The notes under the pieces: generated by a model
The model's database searches: none
What the model was told of the DNA's origin: nothing
The model's input: only the letters and a program-made list of their open reading frames with translations
Origin: a bacterium
GTDB taxonomy: Bacteria; 4484-113; JAFGCY01
DNA length: 64,000 nucleotides
Reading direction: 5' to 3'
Assembly (NCBI GenBank): GCA_016932385.1
Contig: JAFGCY010000096.1
Location: 26,084-90,083, forward strand
In this document: piece by piece, positions 30,453 through 41,149 of the stretch
Layout of the letters: each line of letters opens with the position of its first letter
Position numbering within the stretch: position 1 is the stretch's first letter
Program-made: the position numbers and the translations under genes

Positions 30453-31310
30453 GTGGAATTACCGATCTACACGTACGCAGTTATCTTTCTCTTCGGGCTG
30501 TGTTTCGGCAGTTTCTTCAATGTGGCGATCTACCGCTGGCCGCATGAAGATCCGAAAGAGCGCGAGTGGATCAGAACCCCCAGCCACTGTCCCAAGTGCG
30601 GAGCCCGTATCAAATGGTACGACAACATCCCGCTGTTCTCCTACCTGATCCTGCGCGGCCGCTGCCGCAGCTGCCAGCAGCCCATTCACTGGCGGTATCC
30701 GCTGATCGAACTGGGGACGGCGCTGTTGTGGCTGCTGACCGCCTGGCTGACGACAACGTACGGTCTGAGTAACGTCCCCGTGACGGCGATCACGATCTGG
30801 CATGTTCTATTCATGATCGCCTTCGCCAGCCTCTACCTGCTGACCTTCGTGATCGACCTGAATACCAGCCTGATCCCCGACCAGATCACGATCACGCACT
30901 TCGTCCTGGCCTGGGCCTTCATGTGGGTCTGCCACGGGGCGACGATCAGCCCGGGCTGGCAATCCAGCCTGATCGGCATGTTCGTCTTGTCGGCGTTCTT
31001 CCTGCTGTTTTACTTCTTCCGCGGGATGGGCCTGGGCGACGTTTTTCTGGCGATCGGTTTCGGCGCTATTTTCGGCTGGAAGCTCGTGATCGTGACCGGC
31101 TTCGCCGGCATCATGCTGGGCGGCATTGTCGCGATCATCATCATCGCCGTCCTGATGGCCAGGGGCAAGTACAAGATGGGGCTGCCGATCCCGTTCGGCC
31201 CGTTCCTTGCAATCGGCGCTTATGTCTGCCTGTTCTTCGGTGCAGCGCTGCTGGATTGGTACCTGGGCTTTTTCCCGAAGCTGTCCACCGCCCTGGCCGG
31301 CTGGCTGTAA
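30453..31310 (+). CDS. pilD: Type IV prepilin peptidase (A24)
   Basis: GSFFNV.IYR, SHCPKC, RGRCRSC, ID....IPD, GMGLGD, IPFGPFL. Confidence 0.95.
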   Translation: MELPIYTYAVIFLFGLCFGSFFNVAIYRWPHEDPKEREWIRTPSHCPKCGARIKWYDNIPLFSYLILRGRCRSCQQPIHWRYPLIELGTALLWLLTAWLTTTYGLSNVPVTAITIWHVLFMIAFASLYLLTFVIDLNTSLIPDQITITHFVLAWAFMWVCHGATISPGWQSSLIGMFVLSAFFLLFYFFRGMGLGDVFLAIGFGAIFGWKLVIVTGFAGIMLGGIVAIIIIAVLMARGKYKMGLPIPFGPFLAIGAYVCLFFGAALLDWYLGFFPKLSTALAGWL

Positions 31311-31320
31311 GCGCCGGCCG

Positions 31321-32529
31321 CTAGCCTTCCGTCCCCTCGAACCGCACGGCGCACAGCGTGACGTCATCTTTGAACACGGGCAGATCGCCGAAAGTGCGCG
31401 CCTCGCGCACCAACGCGTCCACCAGTTCCTGCGGCTCCTTGAAGGCATAGCGTTTGAAGACGTCGACCACGCCCTTGGTCTCGAACATCTCGTTGGCCGC
31501 GTTCTTGTGCTCGGTGATGCCGTCCGTGATGACCAGCGCCACGTCGCCCTTGTGCGGCGTCAGCTTGACCTCGGTGTACTTTTCCTCGGCGATGAAACCC
31601 AGTGGCGTATTGGTGCTTTCGAACTGCTTGATCTTGCCCGAGTCACGGTCGAAATACAACATCGGAATATGGCCGGCATTGACGATGCTCAGCTCGTTCT
31701 TCGCCGGTGAGTATTGCATGTAGACCGCGGTGAAGTAGTAGCCCTCGATCAGGAAGCTGGTGGCGACCCGGTTGATCTGCTCCATCAGCTGGGCCGCGCC
31801 CAGCCCGCGCCGCGTGGTCGTCATGAACAGCATCTTCAGCTGCGCGGCCAACAGCGCGGAGGGAATACCGTGCCCCGAAACGTCCGACATCAGGATGTGC
31901 AGCAACCCGTCGTCATCCTTGATGTAATCGATATAGTCGCTGCCGAGGTTCTCGGAGTCGGTATGCTCGAAATGCAGCTTGACGCCGGCGATCACGTTGC
32001 TCTGCGGCGGCTGCAGCGAGCGTTGCAGGTTGCGCGCCACGGACAGGTCGTGCTCGATCCGCGCCAGGTATTGCTCGAGCACGCGGTTTTTCTGCATCAG
32101 CGTCTGGTTGGCGCTCTCGATCTCCTTGCGCAGCTTGACCACTTGCAGCTGCAGCTCGACACGGGCGATCAACTCGCCGTTGTCGATCGGCTTGGGCATA
32201 TAGTCGTTAGCGCCGATGCGGAAGAACTCCACCCGGTCCTTGTATTCGGTCATCGTGGACACCACGATGATCGGGATGGAGCTGGTGCGCGGGTTGCGCT
32301 TGAGGATCTTGGTGACTTCCACGCCGTTGAGCACCGGCATGATGATATCGAGCAGCACCAAATCGATATCGCCCTCGTCGGCCAGCGCCAGCGCGTCCTT
32401 GCCATTCCTGGCTGTCACGACATCGTAACCGTGCTGCTCCAGGCAACTGAGGGTCTGATTCAGGAACGCGGGCTCGTCGTCCACGACGAGAATCCGCTGT
32501 TTGCCGGTCTGTGAATCGTTGTGCGCCAT
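31321..32529 (-). CDS. Response regulator with PP2C/SpoIIE phosphatase output (RsbU/RsbP-like)
   Basis: REC: ILVVDDE, LLDIIMP, KP; PP2C: DVSGHG, NAGH, TDGITE, DDVT. Confidence 0.93.
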   Translation of the reverse strand: MAHNDSQTGKQRILVVDDEPAFLNQTLSCLEQHGYDVVTARNGKDALALADEGDIDLVLLDIIMPVLNGVEVTKILKRNPRTSSIPIIVVSTMTEYKDRVEFFRIGANDYMPKPIDNGELIARVELQLQVVKLRKEIESANQTLMQKNRVLEQYLARIEHDLSVARNLQRSLQPPQSNVIAGVKLHFEHTDSENLGSDYIDYIKDDDGLLHILMSDVSGHGIPSALLAAQLKMLFMTTTRRGLGAAQLMEQINRVATSFLIEGYYFTAVYMQYSPAKNELSIVNAGHIPMLYFDRDSGKIKQFESTNTPLGFIAEEKYTEVKLTPHKGDVALVITDGITEHKNAANEMFETKGVVDVFKRYAFKEPQELVDALVREARTFGDLPVFKDDVTLCAVRFEGTEG

Positions 32530-32575
32530 CCAGCCGAATGTTACCACAGTTGGTATAAAAGCGTTATCCGCCGCA

Positions 32576-35095
32576 TTATTCCTCGTCTAAACCCAACTCG
32601 CCGAGCAAGGCAGTCTGTTCAGCGGCCTGCTGGCTGAACTTGATGCGGGCGGTCAAGGTGGTATTGAGTTCCGGCCAGGCCAGCGTGATTTCCACGTTTT
32701 CGGCTTCCACCAATTCGGCCATCAGCAACTCGTAAGTAATGTCGTCTAAGTTGACCTTGTCGCGCTTATAAGCCAATTGCACGGCCTGGCGGTCACCGAC
32801 CAGTACCGCACTCGCCTGGGTTCTGAATTTATCGAGGTTCAGCCCGAGCAACAGGTGGCTGGTCGAGGTCTCGACTGCGCTGAGTTGCAGCATCGGCGGC
32901 AGCTCGCCGTTGGGGATCAACACCAGTTCGAATCCGTCGGGGCCGATCAGGCAGCGCTCCTGCGCAACTTCGAACTGCAGCCCGGAATATGGTTCCGTGT
33001 GCGCCCGGACCGGAATGTTGGCGGTCAGAACCGAGTCAGGACTCAACTCCAGCCTGGTCTCCACCGCGATCGTCAACCCGTCCTCCCAGTCCGATATCCC
33101 GCTCCAAGCGGCCAGCTCCTGCGTGATTACCAGCTGCGAGCCTTCGCGGCTGACGCTGACTCCCTGCCCCGCCCGATCGGCGGCCGGCGAGAAGGTTGGT
33201 GTGATCACGTCCGGTTCGCGGATGACCAGCGGCGAGAAGTCGACAATCCACCGTAGTACTTCGGGCTGGAGCTGCCCGCTGCCCGCATCGAGCCTCAGCG
33301 ACTCGGTCGCCGGCGGCAACAGCCGCGCCTGCGGCGGCTCCGCCGCCAGTTCCAGCATGGCGGCGATGGTCTGTCCGCGGTTATAGCTGAACTCGACGAG
33401 CAGATCACCGGGTAAGAAGTTCCCGTTAAAGGTGCCAACCGCCGCGCCGGACTCCGTCCGCCGGAACGCCAGTTCCCCGCTCAGTGCCAAGTTGCTGAAC
33501 ACCTGCTGCACCAGCCCATCCCGCGGCAGCAGGTTGAATTCGCCGGTCAACAGCGCCGGGTCCCAATCGCCCGCCGGCGCTTCGATGTTGACAACCAGAC
33601 TCGACACGCCCGCGTTCGACCGGACCGTCGCACCGGTGGCTTGCCAGCTGTCGGTCGTCCGGCCGGCGGGTTCCTCCGGCTTGGCTGCGGGCTGTTCGCG
33701 TTCAAGCCCGCTTGGCACCGGTGTTTCCAGATGGGCCGCCGGTTCGCCGGCCACCTGCAGCTCTGCCATGAATGGCGCCAACTCATTCTGCGGATCGGTA
33801 ATCGCGAATCGGCAGTCCGCGCCGACCTGCCAGCCGGCCTCGGGCGGGCCGAACAGGCAGGTGAAACTGCCGGTACCGGCGCCAAGGAATAACAACGGAC
33901 ATTCGGCGCCATCGGCCCTTAACACCAGGTTCAGCCTTTCGATCAATGTGGCGCGCAGGCCCGACCCGTTCACGACCAGGCTGGCGGGCGAGCTGCCAGC
34001 CGGAATGACGAGTGGCGCCACCGAATCGATGACCAGTTGCCCGGCCGGCGGCGTCAGGATCGGTCCGCCGCTGGCTGTATCCGTCTCCGGTTGGATCGGC
34101 GGTGTCTCGACGTCCGGCGGTTGAGAATCGGGCTCGACCGGCGGGCTCTCGCCCTGGCTGCGAATTGCCACTTCGCCCTCATAGATCGTTTCCCCGAGCC
34201 GGCGGACCAGCAGCTTGTACTCGCCGATCGGCAACGGGCCGTTGAACGACAATTCGACCGTGCTTTCCGGCGTGATGACCTGGCCGGCGCATTTAACCGT
34301 CATTTCCGCCGAACTCAATTCGGCCTCGATCCCCTGCAGGAAGCCGGCCGTCAGATCGGTACCCAGCAGCTGCAGCTTGTAGGGGATCTCATCGCTGGCC
34401 AGGACGGCCGGCGAGTGGCCCACCAACAGCGCGGTCGGCGTCTGGATCGTGATTTCGACTAGGTAAACCGGTTTGCCGTCCAGGTGGATCGTGCCCTTGA
34501 TCACTCCACCGGGAATGTCGCCGGTAACCGCGCACAGCACCTGGCCGTACCCGCCCTTGCTGAAAATCGTGGTCAGCCGGTTGATCTCGCGGTCCTGCTG
34601 TTTCCACTCCATGCTCAGGTGCGAGACAGCCTCTTCCGTGATCGACTCGCCGGTCAACAGGAGCGCGAAGCCTTCCGTCGCCTCCGCGATGACCTTCGGA
34701 TCGTAGTCGCGGAAGACCGGGGTGATTACGTCGCTGGCGATGGTGAGTAAGCCTTCCGCGAAGACCTCATCGCCGAGATGGTTGTAAAGCAGCACGTTAT
34801 AGCTGCCCGGCGTCACCAAGCTCGGCACTTTGATCTGCGCGATGACCTCGGTTTCGCTGGCCGACAGGATGTCGAGTAGCGCGATCTGCTGCGGATAGAA
34901 CTCCAGCGCCACGGTGCCGGTCGGCAGGTTCTCGCCCGTGATCGTCAGCAGGACGGTGTCGCCCTGCTGGATGGTCGCGGGATTAATCGAGGTGATCACA
35001 CGTTGCTGGGCCAGCGCCGGCACTGCCCAGGCGACCAGCACCACCAGAACCGAGGTTAACAACAACAGGGCTTGCTGGCGATGTCGGTCAGCCAT
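32576..35095 (-). CDS. Large secreted protein with IPT/TIG-like (Ig-fold) repeats
   Basis: Signal peptide (ALA-QQ); ITSINP...G....LTITGENL and similar segments later (VIDSVAP...LVVNGSGL); Pro-rich linkers; ATG overlaps the upstream stop. Confidence 0.65.
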   Translation of the reverse strand: MADRHRQQALLLLTSVLVVLVAWAVPALAQQRVITSINPATIQQGDTVLLTITGENLPTGTVALEFYPQQIALLDILSASETEVIAQIKVPSLVTPGSYNVLLYNHLGDEVFAEGLLTIASDVITPVFRDYDPKVIAEATEGFALLLTGESITEEAVSHLSMEWKQQDREINRLTTIFSKGGYGQVLCAVTGDIPGGVIKGTIHLDGKPVYLVEITIQTPTALLVGHSPAVLASDEIPYKLQLLGTDLTAGFLQGIEAELSSAEMTVKCAGQVITPESTVELSFNGPLPIGEYKLLVRRLGETIYEGEVAIRSQGESPPVEPDSQPPDVETPPIQPETDTASGGPILTPPAGQLVIDSVAPLVIPAGSSPASLVVNGSGLRATLIERLNLVLRADGAECPLLFLGAGTGSFTCLFGPPEAGWQVGADCRFAITDPQNELAPFMAELQVAGEPAAHLETPVPSGLEREQPAAKPEEPAGRTTDSWQATGATVRSNAGVSSLVVNIEAPAGDWDPALLTGEFNLLPRDGLVQQVFSNLALSGELAFRRTESGAAVGTFNGNFLPGDLLVEFSYNRGQTIAAMLELAAEPPQARLLPPATESLRLDAGSGQLQPEVLRWIVDFSPLVIREPDVITPTFSPAADRAGQGVSVSREGSQLVITQELAAWSGISDWEDGLTIAVETRLELSPDSVLTANIPVRAHTEPYSGLQFEVAQERCLIGPDGFELVLIPNGELPPMLQLSAVETSTSHLLLGLNLDKFRTQASAVLVGDRQAVQLAYKRDKVNLDDITYELLMAELVEAENVEITLAWPELNTTLTARIKFSQQAAEQTALLGELGLDEE

Positions 35096-36189
35096 CAATT
35101 CCCGATTAGCCCCCCCAACTCCTCTCGCGAGACCGGCTCGATCCCGGCGCTCTGAGCCAGATTGAACTCCACGGCGGTATTGTCGGCCATTTCCATTTTA
35201 AAATCGTTGCCGATCCGCTCGATCCGCATCTTGTCAGCGTAGATCGGCGTGCCGTAGTAATCGATACTCACGCCACCACTCAGATCGACAAACGCAACGC
35301 CTTGCTCGTCCACCAGGGCCTTGGTAAATTCGGCGCTGTACAGCAGCTGCTCGCCTTCGTGCAGGTAGTGGCCCGACAACCCGCTGAACAACACGACGGC
35401 GTTGCTCATCAGCCCGGCGGTGTCCGATAGTTCCAGGTCCGTCAGTTCGAGTTTACGGGCCGTAAAAGCGGCCTGGCTGGAGGTGCCGGTCAGGTCGTCC
35501 ATGACCAGCTGGACCAGATGCCCGTCGTCGTCCAGCGAGCCGGAGAAACCGCTGCCGGTTACGAGCAGTTCCTCCAGCTGGAATGGCAGATCGCCCTCGG
35601 CGGCTTGCCAGCTGGCCGGAGCCAGCACCAACGAAAAGGGGCTGTCGCTTTTCACGATACCGGGTTGCGCCAGGAAGTCGATGTCGCCGGCGATCAGCTT
35701 GCTGCCATCGGCGTCGGTCAACTCGCACGGGCCAAACACCGTGACATCGATCGCTTCCGCCGACAACGAGCTGGTATCGGCGGGCAGCTTGCCTTGGACT
35801 TTGCGGGTGCGGAATTCCAGCCCGTTGAACTGGTCCCTGCCCGTGATATTGCCGGTCAATTCCAGCAGACCGCGATCTTTGTCGAAGACCAATTCGTCCG
35901 CCGTGACTTCACTGCTCCCCAGCCTGATCGTCACACCGCCCGTCGCCCGGGCGATTTTAGTCGCGCGGTCGTAGCGCAATTCGTAGGTGTCGAACTTGAT
36001 CCCGGCCAGTTCGAAGGTCACGCCATCCGCCCACAGCGTAACGACGTTGCCGTCGACGATCTCATGCCGCGAATAGCCCGATGACCAGAATTCCAGTACC
36101 GATTCCAGATCATCCTCACCACTCTGCGCCCAGGCCAGCGATATCACTGACAGCAAGGCAAGCAGGCCGGCCAGGACAATCCTATTCAT
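35095..36189 (-). CDS. Secreted OstA/LptA/LptD-N-like beta-jellyroll protein
   Basis: Signal peptide (AWA-QS); LRYD....ARATGGVTI...EVTADELVFD.....ELTGNI repeats. Confidence 0.6.
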   Translation of the reverse strand: MNRIVLAGLLALLSVISLAWAQSGEDDLESVLEFWSSGYSRHEIVDGNVVTLWADGVTFELAGIKFDTYELRYDRATKIARATGGVTIRLGSSEVTADELVFDKDRGLLELTGNITGRDQFNGLEFRTRKVQGKLPADTSSLSAEAIDVTVFGPCELTDADGSKLIAGDIDFLAQPGIVKSDSPFSLVLAPASWQAAEGDLPFQLEELLVTGSGFSGSLDDDGHLVQLVMDDLTGTSSQAAFTARKLELTDLELSDTAGLMSNAVVLFSGLSGHYLHEGEQLLYSAEFTKALVDEQGVAFVDLSGGVSIDYYGTPIYADKMRIERIGNDFKMEMADNTAVEFNLAQSAGIEPVSREELGGLIGN

Positions 36190-36721
36190 ACAACAGCACT
36201 TCCGAATCCAGTGGGATGTATTCCGTAGCCGTATAGCGCAACTCTTCGGCGGTCGACTCCGGGAACGCATAGACCTCGCAGCGCAGGCCCTTGGCCTTCA
36301 GGTGCCGGACCAGCTCACAGAAATCGCCGTCGCCGGAGACCAGCGCCATCACATCGATGCGGTCGCTCATGCTCAGTGTATCGATCGCGATCCCCATGTC
36401 CCAGTCGCCCTTGGCCGACCCATCCGGCCGGACCTTCAGCTCCTTGCTCTTCACTTCGAAGCCGATCTGGTGCAGGAAATTGATGAACCCGCTCTGGTCC
36501 ACGTCCGGTGCCTGCACGATATAGGCGATCGCCCGGACCAGTTCACGGCCGGTGACGACCTTGCGCAGCAGCGACTCGAAATTCAGTTTGCGCTGGTACA
36601 GCGCCTTGGCTGAATAGAACATGTTCTGCACGTCGACGTAAACCGCCAACCGCTGATGCATGTGGATCGGCCGCCGGTAGCTGCCGCCCGTTGACTCACG
36701 GGTGGGAAAACTAGAACTCAT
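36182..36721 (-). CDS. NYN domain (LabA/DUF88, PIN-like) protein
   Basis: VYVDVQN, KGDWDMGIAID, LVSGDGDF. Confidence 0.92.
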   Translation of the reverse strand: MSSSFPTRESTGGSYRRPIHMHQRLAVYVDVQNMFYSAKALYQRKLNFESLLRKVVTGRELVRAIAYIVQAPDVDQSGFINFLHQIGFEVKSKELKVRPDGSAKGDWDMGIAIDTLSMSDRIDVMALVSGDGDFCELVRHLKAKGLRCEVYAFPESTAEELRYTATEYIPLDSEVLLYE

Positions 36722-36737
36722 TTTGGCTCCCTGATCA

Positions 36738-38255
36738 TTACTCCCCTTGCTCTTCATTCTCGGTATCCGGCTCCTCTGTTTCATTCTCCTCGGGGTGGTC
36801 CGCGCCGTTGTTCATCGCGGCGACGGGCATATGCTCTTCTGCTTCCGGCTCGACCCGCCCCTCGTCGGGGACTTCTTCGCCACGGGCCAGCCGGTCCGCC
36901 ACGTCGGTGGCTTTATCGACGATCGTGTCGTTATCACGCACGTACTTGATCAGCTCGGCGCGCAACTGGCGCAGCTCCTCCGTTTTCTCGCGGACGACCT
37001 GCTCCATCCGTTTCAATTCCGGCTCGTCCTGCAGCCGGTTGTCGATCGTGAACCAGATATCCGGCTCGATCCCGACGCCGTGGATATCGTGACCGTTCGG
37101 CGTCATGTACTTGCCGATCGTGATCGCCAGCGCGTCCTTGACGACCTCCTGCTTGTAGGACTGGCCGTCTTCGTCCTTCATCTCCTCAACCGTTTTCTCC
37201 ATCGGCGTCACCGCCTGGATCACGCCCTTGCCGTAGCTCTGCGTGCCGACGATCGTAGCCAACCCGTGATCCTTCAGGGCGCCGACCAGGATTTCGCTGG
37301 CGCTGGCCGAGTTCTCGTTGATCAGCACCACCAGCGGCAAGTCGTACTTCTTGACATCCGGATTGGCGTAAATCGCCGTGTGCTCGTCGTTGCGCTCGAC
37401 GATCTCCACCACCACACCTTCGTCGATGAACCGCTCGGCGATATCCACCGCCGGTTTCATCAGGCCGCCGGAGTTGTTGCGCAAATCGATCACCAGCGCC
37501 TGCATGCCCTGCTCCAGCAGCTCATCTACCGCGCTGAAAAAGTCCTTGTCCGTCTGCTCGCCGAAGTTGTTGATCCGTAAGAACCCGGTCGTGCCGTCCA
37601 GCATTTTAATATCGCTGATGCTGCTGAATGACACCTCACGGCGCTCCACCGTGAAGTCGTAGTATTCGTTCTCGGTCGCGCGGTAAACCGTCAGCTTGAC
37701 CTTGGTCTCCTCCTTGCCCTTGATCCGCGTGGCGACCTCGGGCAGGATCATGCCGAACGTGTCCTCATCGTCGACCGCCGTGATGATGTCCTGGGGTTCG
37801 ATCCCCGCTTCCTCGGCGGGCGTGTTGGGAAACACGCTGCTGATTTCCGGATAGAAGCCGTCGGGCGTGGTACCCATCAGGATGCCAATGCCGGCATACT
37901 CGCCCGAGGTCTGGGCGTCCAGGTCCTTGTACAGCTCCGGATCGTAGAAATGCGAGAAATTGTCGTTGAACGGTTCTTTGCGCAGCTCGTTGACCATACC
38001 TTGGATCGCGCCGTAGACCAGGTTGGTTTTCGCCTCCTCGTCGATCGGCATGTAATAGTCGGACTCCAGGATCCGCATCGCCTTGTTGAATAAATCGCCC
38101 GAACGCTCATTGCGAATCTGGCTGAGCTGATTGATCGTCCAGGCATCCCGGCCGCCGGTACTGGCCGAGGCAGCGCCTGCCAGGTACGCCGCCCAGATAA
38201 ATACCATCATTACTGCCAGGGCAATGATTATGGTCGCTAGTTTGAGCTTGCCCAC
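36738..38255 (-). CDS. ctpA: Carboxyl-terminal processing protease (S41A)
   Basis: GTG 38255 with GGAGG; PDZ (GIGI), DLRNNSGG, SASASE, SYGKG, GIEPD. Confidence 0.93.
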   Translation of the reverse strand: MGKLKLATIIIALAVMMVFIWAAYLAGAASASTGGRDAWTINQLSQIRNERSGDLFNKAMRILESDYYMPIDEEAKTNLVYGAIQGMVNELRKEPFNDNFSHFYDPELYKDLDAQTSGEYAGIGILMGTTPDGFYPEISSVFPNTPAEEAGIEPQDIITAVDDEDTFGMILPEVATRIKGKEETKVKLTVYRATENEYYDFTVERREVSFSSISDIKMLDGTTGFLRINNFGEQTDKDFFSAVDELLEQGMQALVIDLRNNSGGLMKPAVDIAERFIDEGVVVEIVERNDEHTAIYANPDVKKYDLPLVVLINENSASASEILVGALKDHGLATIVGTQSYGKGVIQAVTPMEKTVEEMKDEDGQSYKQEVVKDALAITIGKYMTPNGHDIHGVGIEPDIWFTIDNRLQDEPELKRMEQVVREKTEELRQLRAELIKYVRDNDTIVDKATDVADRLARGEEVPDEGRVEPEAEEHMPVAAMNNGADHPEENETEEPDTENEEQGE

Positions 38256-38380
38256 TATCTTCCTCCGCGTTTGCTGCGCCGACCCGCCCCCTGGCCGTAA
38301 CGCCAGGATGTCGCTGGACCGACTATACATAGTACTTGATATCCGCATCACGTGCCGCTCCGACGGGACTGGGCCCGGCT

Positions 38381-39514
38381 TTAAAGCTCCTTAAGCGGAT
38401 CGACCGGCTCACCGTCGATGCGCACCTCGAAGTGCAGGTGATTGCCGGTGGAGATCCCCGTACTGCCTACCTCGCCGATCTTGGTCGAGGTCGTGACGTG
38501 CTGGCCGGCATCGCAGGTGATCCTGCTCATATGCGCGTACAGCGTGACGCGCTTGTTGCCGTGGTCGATGATCACGGTCTTGCCGTAGCCGCTCTTCCGT
38601 CCGGTGAAGATAACCTTGCCCTCGCCGGCGGCCATGATCGCCGTCCCTTCGGGCGCGCTGATATCGACGCCGGTATGCATCTTTTTCACGCCGTAGATCG
38701 GGTGTTTGCGCATCCCGAATCCGGAGGTAATCCCGCCCGGGCAAGGCTTCTTGAAGCTGCCGGTCCAGGGCTTGCCCTTATAGGCGCTGGCGGAATTCTG
38801 CAGCTCGCGGATTTCCGCGCGGATCCGTTTGTTTTCCTCTTCCAGCTCGTTGATCCGCCTGAGCGTCAGGTCGCGGTCCTCGTTGATGGCCTTGATCACC
38901 AGTTCCTTTTCACCCCGGCGCGCTTCCAGGACCTCGAGCTCCTTCTCCATCTCCTCGCAGATCACGCTGATGTCCTTGATCTGGTTGGCGATCGCGGCCT
39001 GTTTGTCCTCCAATTCCCGGTTGGTAACTTCGGCATCGCTGACCAGCTGCTCATCGTGCTTGAGCACGCGCTGGACAAAGAACACGCGATCCATCAGGTC
39101 TGTAAAGTCGTTGGAGCTGAACAGCAGTTCCAGGTAGGACAGGTCGCCCTGCATATAGATCGCCCGGGCGCGCTGCGCCAGATTCTGCTTATAGCTGGCC
39201 AACTGGTTGTCCAGCTCGGCCTGCTCGGCCAGCAGCTGCTCGTGTCGGGAATTGGCTTCGTCCAGTTGCGTGCGCGTCCGCTCGATCTGCTGCTCGCACT
39301 CCTCGATCAACTCGTCGACGCCGGCAACCACGTCCGCCAGGTTGCTCTGCTCCTGGCCCAGCTGCGCCACCCGTTCCCAAAGCCGGGAGTGCTCCTGCTT
39401 GTTCTGCTTGATGCGCTGCTCACGGCTGTCCGCGTAAGCCACGGACTGTGCCATGATCACCAGGCCGAATAGGCCGATCAGGCTGAGCGTAACCAGCCAC
39501 CGATATTTAGCCAT
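38381..39514 (-). CDS. Coiled-coil plus M23 peptidase (EnvC/CwlO-like FtsEX partner)
   Basis: Signal peptide, coiled coil, ITSGFG.R.HP, HTGVD, YAH, HLHFE. Confidence 0.92.
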   Translation of the reverse strand: MAKYRWLVTLSLIGLFGLVIMAQSVAYADSREQRIKQNKQEHSRLWERVAQLGQEQSNLADVVAGVDELIEECEQQIERTRTQLDEANSRHEQLLAEQAELDNQLASYKQNLAQRARAIYMQGDLSYLELLFSSNDFTDLMDRVFFVQRVLKHDEQLVSDAEVTNRELEDKQAAIANQIKDISVICEEMEKELEVLEARRGEKELVIKAINEDRDLTLRRINELEEENKRIRAEIRELQNSASAYKGKPWTGSFKKPCPGGITSGFGMRKHPIYGVKKMHTGVDISAPEGTAIMAAGEGKVIFTGRKSGYGKTVIIDHGNKRVTLYAHMSRITCDAGQHVTTSTKIGEVGSTGISTGNHLHFEVRIDGEPVDPLKEL

Positions 39515-39519
39515 CTATT

Positions 39520-40455
39520 TCACCTCGTCAGCTGCCGTACGCGCAGCGCATCAAGGTTTACCTCGGTTTCCCTACCCAAAAACGTATTTACGGTCCTTAA
39601 AGATCCGAAAAACCCGACCAAACCGCCCAGCGAAAGCAGCAACAACGCCAAGACGACAAAGATCCCGCCTGTATTCAACCCGAAGTAGGGCAAGGCCAGC
39701 GTAAGTTCGGATAGTTTCAGCGCTTCAGACATCATCAACAGCAATGCCCAGATGATCAGGCTGGCGACAATAGCACCGACAGTGCCGAAAAAGACGCCCT
39801 CGAACAGGAACGGCCAGCGGATGAACCACCAGGTCGCCCCTACCAGTTGCATGATCCGAATCTCGGTGCGCCGCGCGTAAATCGACATACCGATGATGTT
39901 GCTGATACTCGACGCGGTGAAGACCAGCAGCAGCAGGATGGTCACGGCGCCGATGCTGATCAGGATCATCATCACTTTCAGGAAATTCTGCACCATCTCG
40001 GAGCCGTAACGCAACTCCTCGACTCCGGGCATGCTCTTGATCTGCTCGGCCAGCCCTTGGATGTAGCGCGGATGGGTGGCGCGGATGATCAGGCTCGCCG
40101 GCAGGATATCGTCGCTTTCCAGAATGCCCAGGTCCATGTGCGGGTTCTTGGCTTCCCAGATCGCCAACGCATCCGACTGCGAACGGTATTCGACATCATG
40201 AACGTGGTCCATTTGCTCCAACTCATTCTTCAGCTGGAGGATGCCGGTTTCGGTCATCGTGCTGCTCATGTACGCGTGGATCAGCAGGTTGTTGCCCACC
40301 CGGTTCCAGATCACCGCGGCGCCCAGCATCAGCACGAGGAAGATACCCAAGACCAGCAGGCTGATCGTAACCTGCACGCCGTAGGTGAAATGCAGGAATC
40401 TGTTCAGCGCCAGGCTGGACAGGAACTCGCGGAAGAGGAACAGCATGCTACGCAT
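39520..40455 (-). CDS. ftsX: Cell division permease FtsX
   Basis: ARRTEI.IMQLVGAT..FIRWPFLFEG; follows ftsE. Confidence 0.93.
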   Translation of the reverse strand: MRSMLFLFREFLSSLALNRFLHFTYGVQVTISLLVLGIFLVLMLGAAVIWNRVGNNLLIHAYMSSTMTETGILQLKNELEQMDHVHDVEYRSQSDALAIWEAKNPHMDLGILESDDILPASLIIRATHPRYIQGLAEQIKSMPGVEELRYGSEMVQNFLKVMMILISIGAVTILLLLVFTASSISNIIGMSIYARRTEIRIMQLVGATWWFIRWPFLFEGVFFGTVGAIVASLIIWALLLMMSEALKLSELTLALPYFGLNTGGIFVVLALLLLSLGGLVGFFGSLRTVNTFLGRETEVNLDALRVRQLTR

Positions 40456-41149
40456 TGGCGGCCTCCTCGGCGTTGAGGTAGCCGCCCTCGGTGCGGTCCG
40501 CGATCATCTGCCCCTGGCTGATGACGATCGTCCGCTTGCGGTAGTCGTTGACGACATTTTCGTCGTGCGTGGCCACGACGACCGTGGTCCCCCGCGAGTT
40601 GATCCTGACCAATAGGTCCATGATCTCCTTGCTCGTATCCGGATCAAGGTTGCCCGTCGGCTCGTCGGCCAGCAGGATGTCCGGCTTGTTCACCAGCGCC
40701 CGAGCGATACAGACGCGCTGCTGCTCACCGCCCGACAGCTGGTGGGGATAGCTTTTCTGGCGCTTGGTCAGGCCAACCCAATCCATGACCTCGGGTACAA
40801 GCTGCCCGATCTGCCGGCCCGAAGCCCCGCGAATCTGCAAAGCGTAAGCGATATTTTCGAATGCAGTTTTATGTGGCAGAAGCAAGAAATCCTGGAAGAT
40901 AACGCCGATGCGTCGCCTGTGAAACGGAATTTCACGAATCCGCATCTTGGCAATATCCTTGTTGAACACGAAGACCTTACCGCTGGTCGGGATCGCATCG
41001 CGGTAGATCAATTTCATCAGGCTGCTCTTGCCGCCGCCGGTCGGTCCGACGACGAACACGAACTCCTGCTTCTGGATGTGCAGGTTGACGTTTCTCAGGC
41101 AGTTCACCAGATTGGGATACGTCAATCCGACGGAAACAAACTTGATCAC
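40448..41149 (-). CDS. ftsE: Cell division ATP-binding protein FtsE
   Basis: GTG 41149; [39 protein letters not shown]. Confidence 0.95.
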   Translation of the reverse strand: MIKFVSVGLTYPNLVNCLRNVNLHIQKQEFVFVVGPTGGGKSSLMKLIYRDAIPTSGKVFVFNKDIAKMRIREIPFHRRRIGVIFQDFLLLPHKTAFENIAYALQIRGASGRQIGQLVPEVMDWVGLTKRQKSYPHQLSGGEQQRVCIARALVNKPDILLADEPTGNLDPDTSKEIMDLLVRINSRGTTVVVATHDENVVNDYRKRTIVISQGQMIADRTEGGYLNAEEAANA